A DNA stretch of 64,000 nucleotides from Lama guanicoe. Its lineage: Eukaryota. Positions 27,725 to 39,845 of the stretch are shown here, piece after piece; the first letter of the stretch is position 1, and each line of letters begins with the position of its first letter. The position numbers and the translations under genes were made by a program. The notes under the pieces are model-generated. The model was not told where the DNA came from and did no database searches. It was given only the letters and a program-made list of their open reading frames with translations. The DNA is taken from assembly GCA_013239625.1 (NCBI GenBank), contig MU054001.1, positions 1,429,884-1,493,883 on the forward strand, written 5' to 3'.

Positions 27725-28840
27725 GGATTGTTCTCTGACAAAATGGAATTAAATTAAAGATCAGTAACAGAAACATATCTAGAAATCCCCAACTATTTGG
27801 AAACTAAATAACCAACTTACAAATAATCCATGGGTCAAAGAAGAAACCAAACAAGAAATCAGAAGGTATTTTTAACTGGATAAAAATGAAAACAAAATAT
27901 TTCAAAACATACAGGATGCAGTAACTGCAATATTTAGAGGGAAATTTACAACATTGAAGACCTACACTTAAAAAGAAAAATGGTTTCAAATCAATGCCCT
28001 CAGCTTCTTCCCAGACAAAAACAGAAAAAGAACATATGAAACACAAAGTAGGCAGAGAGAGAAAATTATAAAAGATCAGAGAAGAAATCAATGAAATAGA
28101 AAACAGAAAAGTAAAGAAAATGAAGGAAGCCAGAACCTATTTCTTTGAGAAAATTTAAAATCTCTAGCCAGATTGATAAGGAAAAAAAAAACTGGCATTT
28201 CAACAAATCAATTAAAAGAATAATAAGGAAGTATTATGAACTTTATGCCAATAAATTTTAGAACTTGAAAAAAACAGAAAAATTCCTTGAAAGTCACAAA
28301 TTACCAGTGTAGATTCAAGAGAATAACTTGAAAAGCCCTATATCTAACAACGGAGTTGAATTTGTAGTTTAAAAACTTCCTACAAAGGAAACTCCAAGCC
28401 CAGAACTTTCACTGTTAAATTCTACCACACATTTCAGGAAGAAATAATGTCAATTCAAATCAAACTCATCCAGAAAATTAATGAAATTCAACCCCAAAAC
28501 CAAAGAGAATTATTACAATAAAATTATAGACCAATATCCCTCAGAAATATGAAAACACAAATTATTAACAAGATTTTAGCAAACTGAATCCAATAACACA
28601 TAAAAAGGATAATACATCATGACCAACTATTATCCCAGAAATGCCAAGGTGGTGTAACATTAGAAAATGGACATAATCATCATATTATCAGACTCAGAGA
28701 GAAAAACCACATGGTAATCAGAATAGATACAGTAAGAACATTCGATGACACCCAACATCAGTCCTGCTAAATGCACTCAGCAAACCAGGTTACTTCCTCA
28801 GCCAGATAAAGGAATCTACGAAAACCATACAGCTACCACC
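27725..28840 (+). mobile_element. Old L1 ORF2 remnant (end of endonuclease into RT)
   Basis: ttctctgacaaaatggaattaaatta (FSD-NGIKL-like), aaataatccatgggtcaaagaagaaa, tatagaccaatatccctc (YRPISL). Confidence 0.8.
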
Positions 28841-28859
28841 ATCGCTAGTGCTGTATTAA

Positions 28860-30070
28860 GTAATGTATTTTTTCTAGATATGTATCTATTTCATCTACGT
28901 TAGTTCTCAAATGTTTTATTACTCTTAGTAATACCAGTAATGCGTCCTCTTTTGAGTCCCAAATCTTGGGTCACATGATTTACCTCCTCCTTCCTCATAT
29001 TCTCATTAATTATCTACAGTTTAGTTTTGTATATATTTTAAAACAGAAAAGCAGTGTTTTAAACCAATAATTAGGTGAATTTTCCAAAACATTTCATCAA
29101 TTTCTATGTTCATCCTTTCTTCTTGTATTAAAAACCTTCCCTCTGGGTTCACTTTCCTCTTGCTAAACTGCAACATTTAACAGTTTTCCTAGTGAGAGTC
29201 CATGGAAAGTAACTCTCCTAGTCTTTTTTATGGCTGAAAGTATCTATTTCTTCTCACTTTTGAATCACAGACTACTAGGTTTCAAAAATTTAAATTAACT
29301 ATAAACTTCCCTTTGTGCTTGGAAGATTTCCCCTGTCTTCTTGCATCCACTGTTGCCAATTAAAACCTGTCGCCAATTAAAACCTGTCTTTCGTATATAA
29401 ACTGGATTTTGGGAGTGTGAATCTCTTAAGGAATTTTTTCCTTTATATCCCTTATATTCTAGTTTCAACATGACGGTACTCCTCAAAGTATCTGAGGATT
29501 CAGGTCTTTCTTTAGCTAAGAAAAATTCTCAACTCTTGGCTCTTCAGGTGTTGCTTCTCCATCACAATCTTCATTCTCTTTTTCTGTAACGCTCTATTAG
29601 ACATCTGTTGGAACCTCTCAATCTATCCTCCAAGTCTCCTAACTGCTCTTTTTTTCAATCCTTTGTCTCATTATGCTACATACTGGGTGAATTCCTCAGT
29701 ACCCTCCTCCAGTTCACCAATTCTCTTTGCAATTGCATGAGGTCTAAAAGTCACCCCTTCTACTGAGTTTATTATTTCTATGACTCTACTTCTCATTTCC
29801 AAGATATGTAACTGGCTCTTTTTCATGTAAAGCTGCCCCTGTTCCATTTCTGCATCTTAGGGGGAATTTCTAAATTGCACTTTTATCAATGTGATGACTT
29901 TTCTTACCCCTTTGAACTTCTTGGGCATAATTATTTCAGTCTGTGCCTGACTTTTTTTTTTTAATAAAATTAATCTCATCTGGAATAAATTTTTATTCAC
30001 ATTGTTGATTCTAATGGCACCTGTTTTCTTCAAGTATTTTGTTACTTTGTTTTGAAGGCTAATCCTAAGC
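28860..30070 (-). mobile_element. Ancient L1/HAL1-type ORF1 region, antisense
   Basis: ctattagacatctgttggaacctctcaatctatcctcc, tgggtgaattcctcagt...ccagttcaccaattctct. Confidence 0.55.
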
Positions 30071-30719
30071 AGGTGGCTTTTTTGTCTTTGCTTTTTTCCC
30101 CCTTCTCTCTCACTCCATATGTGCTCACCTCTCCCTCCACAGTGGTTCAGCAGCTGCCTCCACTATGATCCCGATAGTACCAATCCAGGACCAAGCCTCC
30201 TATGATGGTGATTTGGAGCACCACATTCTCTACCCTATTACTCCACAAGCCATCAGTCTGATTCAGTTTCTGCACTTGAAGGTTTAGCTATCTTCTCCTG
30301 CCCCTCAAAACCCATAGCTCCATATAAGCTACTTCCCTTACATGGTGATCTTTTTTCAGTCTCCTTTTATGGGAAGTACAACTTCACCTCCACCCCTGGC
30401 TTCACACAGTAAGCTCAGTTCTGGTCCCATCTCAAGTGGTAAACCTTAGTCCCTATTACCCAACAGGACCTAAACTCACCTTTTATTTGCACATCTGAAG
30501 CCCTTGCAGGATCATAGTTTCAATCCAGCTGATCCCTTCATGTTTTGTTCTCTTTCTGGTTTCTGGTCCACAACAATATCTTTCCTGTAAGTCCAGCTAT
30601 GACTCCTGTCTTACCTTTTATTCTTTTAATGTGTTATCTGTCATTGTGACAAGTATTTGGAGCAGAAGGCATACACAAACTATGAGCTTAACTGCTCCAT
30701 TTAACAAGAAGGCACAGAT

Positions 30720-31060
30720 GATTTCTTTATGATAAAAATAGCAAGAGATTCACTAGGTCAAACGGTATGCTCTTTTGAAGTCTCTTGATTCAGATTGTGA
30801 AATTGCCCTCCAGGAAAACGGTATCCGTTTCATCCCATCAACAGACACTAACCATTTCTTCATATATTCAAATACCAATTATTATCAAACTTTTAAATCT
30901 TTAGCAGGTTGATAAAAGAAAAAACAAGTTCATTCTAATTTATATTTCTTTGGTTGTTAACCAGGTTGCATAACTTTTCATACATTAGTTGCCATTTACA
31001 GTAGCTCTTTTGTGAAATGCTTGTCCATGTCTTTTGTCCTCTTTGTTTTGTTTTTTGTTT
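30720..31060 (-). mobile_element. Old L1 (L1ME-like) fragment
   Basis: ctaggtcaaacggtatg...aaattgccctccaggaaa...cttttcatacattagttgccatt...tgcttgtccatgtcttttg. Confidence 0.65.
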
Positions 31061-31516
31061 TTGTTTTTGCTGTTCGAAATCTAAGAATCTATACTTTGTG
31101 TCCATGTAAAGACAATGCATCTGGGGTTTTATGCAAGTTGATTAGTAAAAATTCATTTTCCTTCATTATTTTATTATGAGCAACTTTCTAACAAATTACT
31201 TAGTTTCTAGTGGAGTTCACCTCTCTTATACCAAGCTGTCAAACACTACACTTTCCAGACTTTTAAAATGTTCTTCTTTCCCTACACCTCACACTTTTCC
31301 AAGTATCCCACGAAGCTAGCCTTCCTTGATCTCATAAATTACTGTTTCAAGGGACATATTTTTATATAAGTAAAACTACAGGTACAAAATATAATCTTTA
31401 GCTCCTCATATAATAACGTGAATATCAAGATCTATCTCCCTCACCCATTTGTTCTTAAGTTTCCACAACAATTATCAATTTTACGACTGTAGCCCAAATT
31501 TCAAAAGGGAAAGAAA

Positions 31517-31624
31517 AATGAATATATCTATGTATATACATGACCAGGATATTGGACTGTACATCAGAAATTGACACATTGTAACTGACAGTACTTCAAT
31601 AAAATAAAATTTTAAAAACATTTT
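31517..31624 (+). mobile_element. Short camelid-type L1 3' tip with TSD
   Basis: gaatatatctatgtatatacatgacc...gtacatcagaaattgacacattgtaactgacagtacttcaataaaa; TSD aaagggaaagaaa (31504-31516) / aaagagaaagaaa (31625-31637). Confidence 0.75.
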
Positions 31625-33219
31625 AAAGAGAAAGAAAGGTTCCAGAAGAGAAAGATTTCTACGATAAGAAGTGGCTCAACAGGATCTAAAAAGAAATCAA
31701 GGTTGGAGATTGAGGAAAAGGACTGGAACTTTAGGGGAAGGGCAGTTTACACATCTAAAGAATATAATATTAATATCAAAGCAATAAGTACCTTTAACAA
31801 AAGGTTGGGTTCTTTACTCAAGAATAATGAGTTGGAAGAATTCTAACTTCTTTTTCACTTCATTTGGAGTAACTGCCTTATAAACTATAATTTCCTTGAT
31901 CCACCTCCAAATATTCTACTGAAAACAGAGATAATCACTTACCCAAGATTCTTATCCACAATCAAAATACTGCTCATAATTTTGTAACTGAATACAAGAG
32001 CAAGGGCAATACCATTCCAAACCATAAAAGAGCGATAACAGACTAATTAAAACTCCTCCACTGCCATTGTGCCCACGTTCTAGCTCCAAGGACTTAATAA
32101 TGAACCTCTCACATTTCCAAGAGGAGGGAAAAAACGCTCCTCTTGGCCACACCTGTTGAACTGAAAAAGTCAAATTCTCTCAATCAGATTTCAATCTTTG
32201 GGGAACTTTCCACCTGGAAATTTGATACCTTAACAGTCTACTCCAAAGCCACAGACAAGAGCTCTGTGAGATTTTACCACGTGTCTTACCCAGCTTAGCA
32301 CTGGTCTGATCAAACGAAGCACTTTCCTGCCAGCAGTCCAATTGTAAATAATAACACTTGAGACCCACAGGATTTCTGGCTTCCCTGTAATTTTACAAAG
32401 CTTTAACCATTAAACCGTGATCAAACAACCTGCCATGGGAAAGCAAAATGTACATGGTGCTGCAGTAAAGACATCAGTAAGTGACCTCAGTGACTGTCCA
32501 TTTAATAATCCTTTGCTCTCCTTCGCTCTCCACTGTCCCTGCCTGGCTCTCTGCTGTTTCCACAGCAAGTGCTGCGTAATCAAACATTAAACGCTTCCCC
32601 TTGTGTAACCACAACTGAATTATAAAAGACATGATATATCACTTTAACAACAACAATAAAAATCCCTTACCTGCTGACACAGCTATATCAACTATTAGTT
32701 TTGCTAGCAGTGATGAAAAGTTAAAAGAAAAAAACACCTGTAAGAATAAGTTATCTAATAACTACTTTAGAGGTTTATGACACAAAGTAGGTATTTCTTT
32801 TTGTTTTCATTTATCCATCCCCAGGATTCTGGAAAGTCAATACACACTATTATCAAAATTTCTTGATTGAGGCATTGAGCAAAACTCTGTTAACTACATC
32901 AGCATGTATTTAATCTTATTTCAGTATGTGCTTTTATGTTTGCAAGTTGCTCTTTCCAATTACGCCACTAATGAAAAATTATCATTGCTGCTGTGTCTGA
33001 TAAAAAAGTAAATAATAATTCTAATGAAGTTCTTCTTCTTCAAAAATGTTATGGCTTGCAACCTAACCTATCCATCACATGTGTAATTTCATTATGCTAC
33101 AAAATATAAAACTCCAATCTGAGATGTAATAAGCAGAAGGCCACTCTTCCCACTTATTCAGACTTTAATTTCAGACATATAGATATTTCTTTAAGCACCC
33201 TCCAAGCATAAGACAAAAC

Positions 33220-33490
33220 GGCAGGAAGCATAGCCTAAAAATAATGGTTAGGAGTAGAGGCTCCAGACATTATCGGTTCAAATCTTGCCCCTGACAATAA
33301 CTAGCTGTGTGACTTTGAGTAAGTTACCTAACCTCTCTGTGCATCTATTTCCCCATCTATAAAATAGATACAGTAATTGCATCTACTTCACAAGACTGTT
33401 ATGAAGATTAAGTTAAATGAGTTATATTTGTAAAGAAACAAATGTGTGTGCAATTCCTTTTACAAAACAAACACTATATAAGTGTTTAAT
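33220..33490 (+). mobile_element. MIR SINE
   Basis: ggttcaaatcttgcccc...ctagctgtgtgactttgagtaagttacctaacctctctgtgc...ccccatctataaaatag. Confidence 0.85.
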
Positions 33491-33799
33491 ATATTCTATT
33501 TCATTATTTGTGTCAATAAAAATTTTAAAATAGACTAAACAGACCAACAATTTTGCTTGTCCTCCCAGTCCCATTCCTTCCTGTCTTGGGGTCATGTATC
33601 AGTCATCACAGCTCCATTTTACATCAAGCAACCTCTTCCTCACCACAGGTCTCTTCTCTTCATTCTTTGTGCTGACATAATCTCAGACTTGAGATTAATT
33701 AATTCAGCTCATCTTTGGCTTTTCCTACTTCCCATTCCAGCTACAATCCCAATGCATCCTTTCTTTCCCTACCAAATATCCTGAAGAACCTAAATGACC

Positions 33800-34420
33800 C
33801 AAATTCCCACAGTCTTATTTTGCCCTGACCTCCATTATTAATGGGCTTCCACCACTTCCATTCTAGTAAGACAATTCCTCCCAAGGTCGGTGACCAACTC
33901 TACTTGCCGAAACGCAGCATCATCCTCTCGGTCAGTTGGTAAGCACTGGGCATAATTAGGTACCTGCGTCTCTTTCTCAAAATCCTTTTTTCCCTTGGTT
34001 TCTACAGCATCCTCTCCCTTTCATTCCTCTAGCCTAGGCTCCCTCCTTCTCAGTCTCTGCTTCAGGTCTTTCTTCATCTGCCCCTAACAGCAGATATTCC
34101 CTACCCTACCTCCTCTTCCTCCTCTACAAAACATTCTTCCTTTAGGCAATCTCACCTTCTTAGAATGCGTCCATGACAGACAACACTCAAATCCTCATCT
34201 CGAACCCAAACCTACATCTAAACTATCTCCAGGATATCACAATATGAAAGTCCCCACCAGCACCCCGAGATTCAGTAGGCCCCAAATCAAAGTCAACATT
34301 TTCCTTTCTTAACTTTCTGAAGTCTGTTTCTCCTGTTTTTCATCAAATGGCATCACCAACCAGACTGAAAATGTGGGAGTTCTGCTTCCCTGCTTCTCCT
34401 CACCCACTTGATCAAATTTA
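33800..34420 (+). mobile_element. L2 fragment
   Basis: Pyrimidine-rich L2 body (ccaaggtcggtgaccaactctacttgcc; aacactcaaatcctcatctcgaaccc; caaatggcatcaccaacc). Confidence 0.55.
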
Positions 34421-34469
34421 CTGACTGTAGCAGGTACTTGTATCTATGCTAACTCCTAATTATTACAAA

Positions 34470-34640
34470 AATCTTATGAGGATGAAGCAGATGTCATTTT
34501 CCCCATTTTTAAAGAAGTGAAAACCAAAACTTAGTGAAATAAAATACCTGGTTCAAGATCTTGAAGCTAGTAAAAGTTAGAGCTGGGATTTGAATTCACA
34601 TGGTTTATCTACTAAACCCAGGCTGCACAATACAGTACCC
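34470..34640 (-). mobile_element. MIR SINE
   Basis: ccccatttttaaagaagtgaaaacc...gctagtaaaagttagagctgggatttgaattca. Confidence 0.7.
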
Positions 34641-34979
34641 TGGGAATATTTATTTAAACATAAAGGTGCACATTCCAACCATTACCCCTACAAGAGCCAG
34701 GTCCCAAGGAGACAGGAGCGACCATGACGGATATATCAAGACAAATATTCCTGCCTTCATGGAAGTCAGCAAATGGTAGAAGCGTTAGACAATAAAACAA
34801 GCAAACTATACTCAGAGGCAGGAAGTTCTACGATGCAGAAAGCAAAGACTGCAGCACTTTACTTAAAAGACAGGATACAGAGCTCTCGGGGAAGGCTTTC
34901 CAGAAGTGACAACAGAGCTGAGAAACCAAACAGCAGTAGGTGTTAGCCAAGCAGCAAGAAATGGAGTCAAAAGTGTTCC

Positions 34980-35703
34980 AGAGATAAAGGCTATTGCCAA
35001 AAAAAAACCAAAAACAGACAGTGACAAGTGTTGGCATGAATGTGGAGAAACTCAAACCCTTGTACACTATTGGTAGGAATGTAAAATGGTGCAGTCATGA
35101 TGGAAAAGAGTTCGGTCATTCTTCAAAAAATTAAAAATATAATAACTATGTTATCCAGCAATTCCATTTCTGGGTATACACCCAGAAGAACTGAAAACTG
35201 GGTTTCCAAGAGATATATGCATACCTATTCTCATAGCAGCATTATGCAAAACAGCCAAAAGATGGAAGCAACCCAAGTGTCCATCAATAGATGAATGGAT
35301 AAACAAAATGTGGTACATTCATACAAGAGATTATTTATTCTTAAAAGGTAGGGAATTCTGATACATACTATAACATGAATGACCCTTAAGGAACACTATG
35401 CTAAGTGAAATAAATCAGTTGAAAAAGACAACTATTGTATGGTTCTACTTAGATGAGGTACCTAGAAGAGTCCAATTTATAGAGACAGAAAGTAGAATGG
35501 TGGTTTCCAGGGCCAAGGAAGAGGGGAAATGGTTAGCATTTAATGGTACAGAGCTTCTGTATGGGATGATGAAAAAGTCCAGGAGATGGACGGTGATGAT
35601 GGTTGCACAATCATGCGGATGTACTTAACACCACTAAACTGTATACTTAAAAATGGCTTAGATGGTTAGTTTTATGTTATGTGTATTTTAACCACAATTT
35701 TTT
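34980..35703 (+). mobile_element. L1MB-like 3' end inserted in an antisense L2, with TSD
   Basis: gacaagtgttggcatgaatgtggagaaac...atagagacagaaagtagaatggtggtttccaggg...ttttatgttatgtgtattttaaccacaa; TSD AAAAGTGTTCC at 34969-34979 and 35704-35714. Confidence 0.85.
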
Positions 35704-38119
35704 AAAAGTGTTCCCGACCCAATGAACGGTATGAGTAAAGGTCAGAAAGGAAAAAAAAGAAAAAAAAATCAAACACGGAGAATGTGAAGAAATCAAAAAG
35801 TTCAGGAAGGCTGAGGAGAAAAGACCAAAAACACACATTTGCAGTTGACATGATTTCTAAATTGGATCTGATCTTAAGCTTCTGAAGCCACATACTGTTC
35901 TCCAAATAAAGCAACCACATATGATGTTTGGGCATCATGGAATTAAGCCAGAGGGAAAAAAAAAGTGAACAATTGCCTAATCAGAAATGAGAGCCTTCTC
36001 AAGCTTCAAAGTTAGGAAACTTTCCTCAAATTCCAATAGCACTATAAAGTTTTGCTAGGCTGAGGGTGCAGAGGAATCTTACTCACATTAAGTAAAACCA
36101 CAAAGAGGCTTAGGGCTCCATCACAGCTCTCTGAAAAGACAAGTAGTACTTGTTGCTTTTGGAGAACAACTTAGCTCATGAAGGGGAAAAAAAAAATGCT
36201 TTTGCTTGCGTTCTCATATATTTTGTAGATTGAGCTCACATTGCAAATCATTACAGCTCTGCCTGTGAGTAGGATTATACACAAGGTTATGCTAATGGTT
36301 CCATTTTCAGGGTATCTTTCTCATCCATAAAATTCAATTCAGGCTTAAAACCTGGCACACAAAGTCCTGGCTCAGAGACTATCTTTTTATCTGTAGCATG
36401 TAAATGAGTATATACATACTCATGTATCTATATGTACGTAAATAAGCACACACACACATACACACAAAACACAGGTAATAATACATAATTTTAAGGTGCA
36501 CTGCTATAACAGATTTTAATAAGCTTACATCACTGCAATATATTAGAGCTTTTACAAATGTACTAGTCTTGAACTAAAATATTTCATTTTCAAAATGAAT
36601 TGGCGTGTGATTAATTTATTCAAGCACCTGGTTCTTATTACTTACTCAATATGCTTGAATAGGAAAATACAATGTACACGCACACTTACTGAGAGAGAGC
36701 ACAGTATATATGCAAGTCAGAGACACATGGCCACGCTCTCCCGACTCCCCAGGAGGTAACTGTGCCCAAGAGACTAAAGAAGCATCATGACAAGTATTTT
36801 CCAAGAAGACAAAGAAACAGAGGTAGAGGGTGAGCACAAATAAGGTCAGTTTTGTATTAAAAACAGAATAGCACATGGTCAAAGAGGTGAAAAGGAGGTC
36901 AAGAGTAAAGAAAGACCACAGATTAAAAAAAGGCAGAATTTACAAACTTTAGTTAAGGTTTAAATTTGAAGAAGACCCATCAGATTATAATTTCCAAAAC
37001 TCAGGAATCTGCATAGTTTACTTCTAATTCAGTGCACGTATTCTATAAATGTTGACAGAGCATCCATGATGGGAAAAAAATGTGACCTACTTTGCTTCCT
37101 GTTAATCTTCACACCAATCCTGAGACTCTAAACAAAAGCATGGCATTTCTGAATACCCACATTTCATGGTTAAGGGAGGCAAGGAGACTTGAGTGGGACA
37201 GGAAGTAAAGGGGCCGGCCCTAGAATTATCCAATCACATGGAATCAGCGTAAAACATCTCTGGATTTGCTCCATCATAAACCGGCAACAATGAATAATTC
37301 AGTGTCCTTGACTGGTCTGAACCTCCACAACTCAACTATGGAGTCTCGACTCATTTGCCCTCTCTCTAATATAATTTTTTGGCTTAATGGAACTATAATT
37401 TCACTTGACTCACCAACTCTGCTACGGACACACGATACAGTCTAAGATGAAAGATGTTTATATGGCTAGCTAGCATACCAGATTTGCAGATGAACTAAAA
37501 CAGAGAGGAAAAGAAAAACTCAAGAGCTTAGAAAACATTTTCACCTGCCATCAGAGCATTAATTTCATCCATCTTTACCAATGTCCTTTCCCTTTCTGTT
37601 CAACACTAAGTCTCACATTGAATCTGCTGAGGCTACATGCCTCAGCCTGAAATGAACAGCCAGGTTTCTCTTACTGACAACAGCTGTTCTGAAACCTAAC
37701 ACAAAAGAAAATTAATTCCATTTTTAAAAGTCTACTTGCTCGATTTTCCTTGGGCCAATGGGTACATCCCTACTAGATGGCTAATGTCAGACAAACCCTT
37801 AGTTTCCTTATCTGTGAAATGTGTAATAGTAGATGGCATCTAACTAGGGTCCCTTCCAGGGTGATATTATGACCCCTCAAATCAAAACAAGCTAGCAAAT
37901 AGTGGCTGCATTTTCCATTAAGACGAACCCCTTGTCTTGCTTCGCCTCTTCCAACAACATTAGGGCCGTTTTCACCTTTACCCTTTGATCCCTAGACTAA
38001 TGGTGTGGATTGCAAGCCCAAAGACATGCAGGTTGTAAAGTAAATGCTGCTGCCCTGGAAACTGAATGTGCCTGTTTTTTATGAGGATGATGCTTCTAGA
38101 GAACCCACGCCCAAGTTAC

Positions 38120-38445
38120 ACTCAGCCTCCCTGCCATCTTATGTTGCGACATTAGGTCAGGAATCACCGGCTTAAAGTTAATAGCTGCAGAGTGCCAGCT
38201 ATTAGCGATTCAGTTTGCTTTTATGTTCTGCCCCTTCGTTTCTGACTGTTACCTATTAAAACTTCACAGTAACAGAGACTATCCAAGTGGATCACTGAAT
38301 TCACAGCCGTCAAAAGGAATCCAGAATAATAAATCAGACATTCGAAATGCATAACCGATGTCTGTGTTTATAAGAAAGCACATTATCTCATAAACTAGAT
38401 TTGAGATAATCTCTTCTGAATCCTATTTCCTTCAAGAGCCAGCGT
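38120..38445. promoter_or_regulatory. Orthologue of the rs9939609 region (conserved non-coding sequence)
   Basis: AACAGAGACTATCCAAGTGGATCAC[T 38296]GAATTCACAGC matches the recalled human flank. Neighbouring CTCAGCCTCCCTGCCATCTTATGT and TTCTGAATCCTATTTCCTTCAAGAGCCA resemble recalled human genotyping primer sites. Confidence 0.8.
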
Positions 38446-38739
38446 TGAATTTTCTGATTTTATTTTCATTACGCTCTGATCTGCCAAAAGATACACAGGC
38501 TGTGTTGCCATTCTGCCTTGAAGCCGCGCTGTCAGAAATGCCTGGAACTGCAGAACTGTCGCCCTGTACCACCCTGAGCAACACACACAGTTCACGTTCC
38601 CCTCTCCTATTACTCCCGTACTTCAGAAACACTAGTTTTCTCACTTACGGCCAATAATCTCATAATCCAACAAACTCTTTCCAAAGAATGTTCATCATGA
38701 AGAGAAAATGTGTATGTGTGTGTGCAACTCTCTGAGACC

Positions 38740-39330
38740 ACTATACAATTCTGTCTATTGCAAAATATGTGCCAAATCCATCCACTCCTCTCCATTTCCA
38801 TTGCTACACCCTTGGAGCAAGCCATCATCACTTCTCACCACTCAAACTCCAACAGCTTCCTCCTGACCGTCCTCTTGTTCCTTGCCTATGGTCTATCCTC
38901 CAACAGCAGTAGGAGCAACCTCTTTTAAAAAGGAGATCGGATCATGTCATTCCCTTGGTTAAAAACTTCTACCTTCCTAACGGGCTCCAACTGCACACAG
39001 AACAAAATCCGAACTCCTTATTGCGATCCAGCCCCTGCCTATCTTTCCAAGCCACAGCAAGCCTCCCCTCATTCACTATTCTCCAGTCAAGCAGGTCTTC
39101 TCCCTGTTCCGTAAACACTCGTCCTCCCCTGCTTTGCAAGACAGTCTCTTTCTCATCCGTCTATTCCCAAACCAGCCCAACCCTGGCCATCCTAGCAAAA
39201 ACCACATCCTTGCTCCAGGCACTATGTATCATATATTCTGTTTATCTATTTGTGCTTTTTTTTTTTTTGTCTGTCCCACTAGACTGTCAGCTCCATGAAA
39301 GCAGAGATTAAGTATCTCTTCCTCTCTTCT
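38740..39330 (+). mobile_element. L2 fragment (tail resumes at about 39940-40002)
   Basis: caaatccatccactcctctccatttccattgctac...gatcatgtcattcccttggttaaaaac...cactagactgtcagctccatgaaagcagaga. Confidence 0.75.
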
Positions 39331-39341
39331 CTCATTCAGTA

Positions 39342-39845
39342 CAGTTCTTCCTCGGCTTCTGATGGGAGTACTTCCTGATAAACTCATTGGAAACTGAAAA
39401 TGTCATGTCAAAACTGCATTGAATACACCTAACGTACCAAACATCATAGTTTAGTCTAACTCACCTTAAATGTGCTCAGAAAACCCATTAGCCTACAGTT
39501 GGGCAAAACCACCTAATGCAAAGCCTGTTTTATAATGAAGTGTTGAGTATCTCATGTAATGTATTGAGTGTTGTACTGAAAGTGAAAAACAGAGTGGCTG
39601 TCTAGGTACAGGATGGTTGTAAATGTATCAGTTGTGTACCCTCGTAATAGAGTGGCTGGCTGGGAGCTGGGACTCGCTGCCACTGCCCAGCATCACAAGA
39701 CAAGACCATCTCACATATGCCTAGACTGGGAAAAGATCCAAATTCAAAATTCAAAGTAGAGTTTCTACTGAATGCATATGGCTTTCGCAACATTGTCAAG
39801 TCAAAAAAATCCTAAACTGAATCATCGTAAGTCGGGGACCATCTG
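39342..39845 (+). mobile_element. MER47/Tigger5-family DNA transposon
   Basis: TA|CAGTTCTTCCTCGGCTT ... AAGTCGGGGACCATCTG|TA gives imperfect TIRs and TA on both sides. Internal ttagcctacagttgggcaaaa is typical of MER47. Confidence 0.88.

Noticed and set aside
24625..28840. Active or intact L1 reverse transcriptase
   Set aside because: Many stops, frameshifts and deletions; no long ORF in the track.
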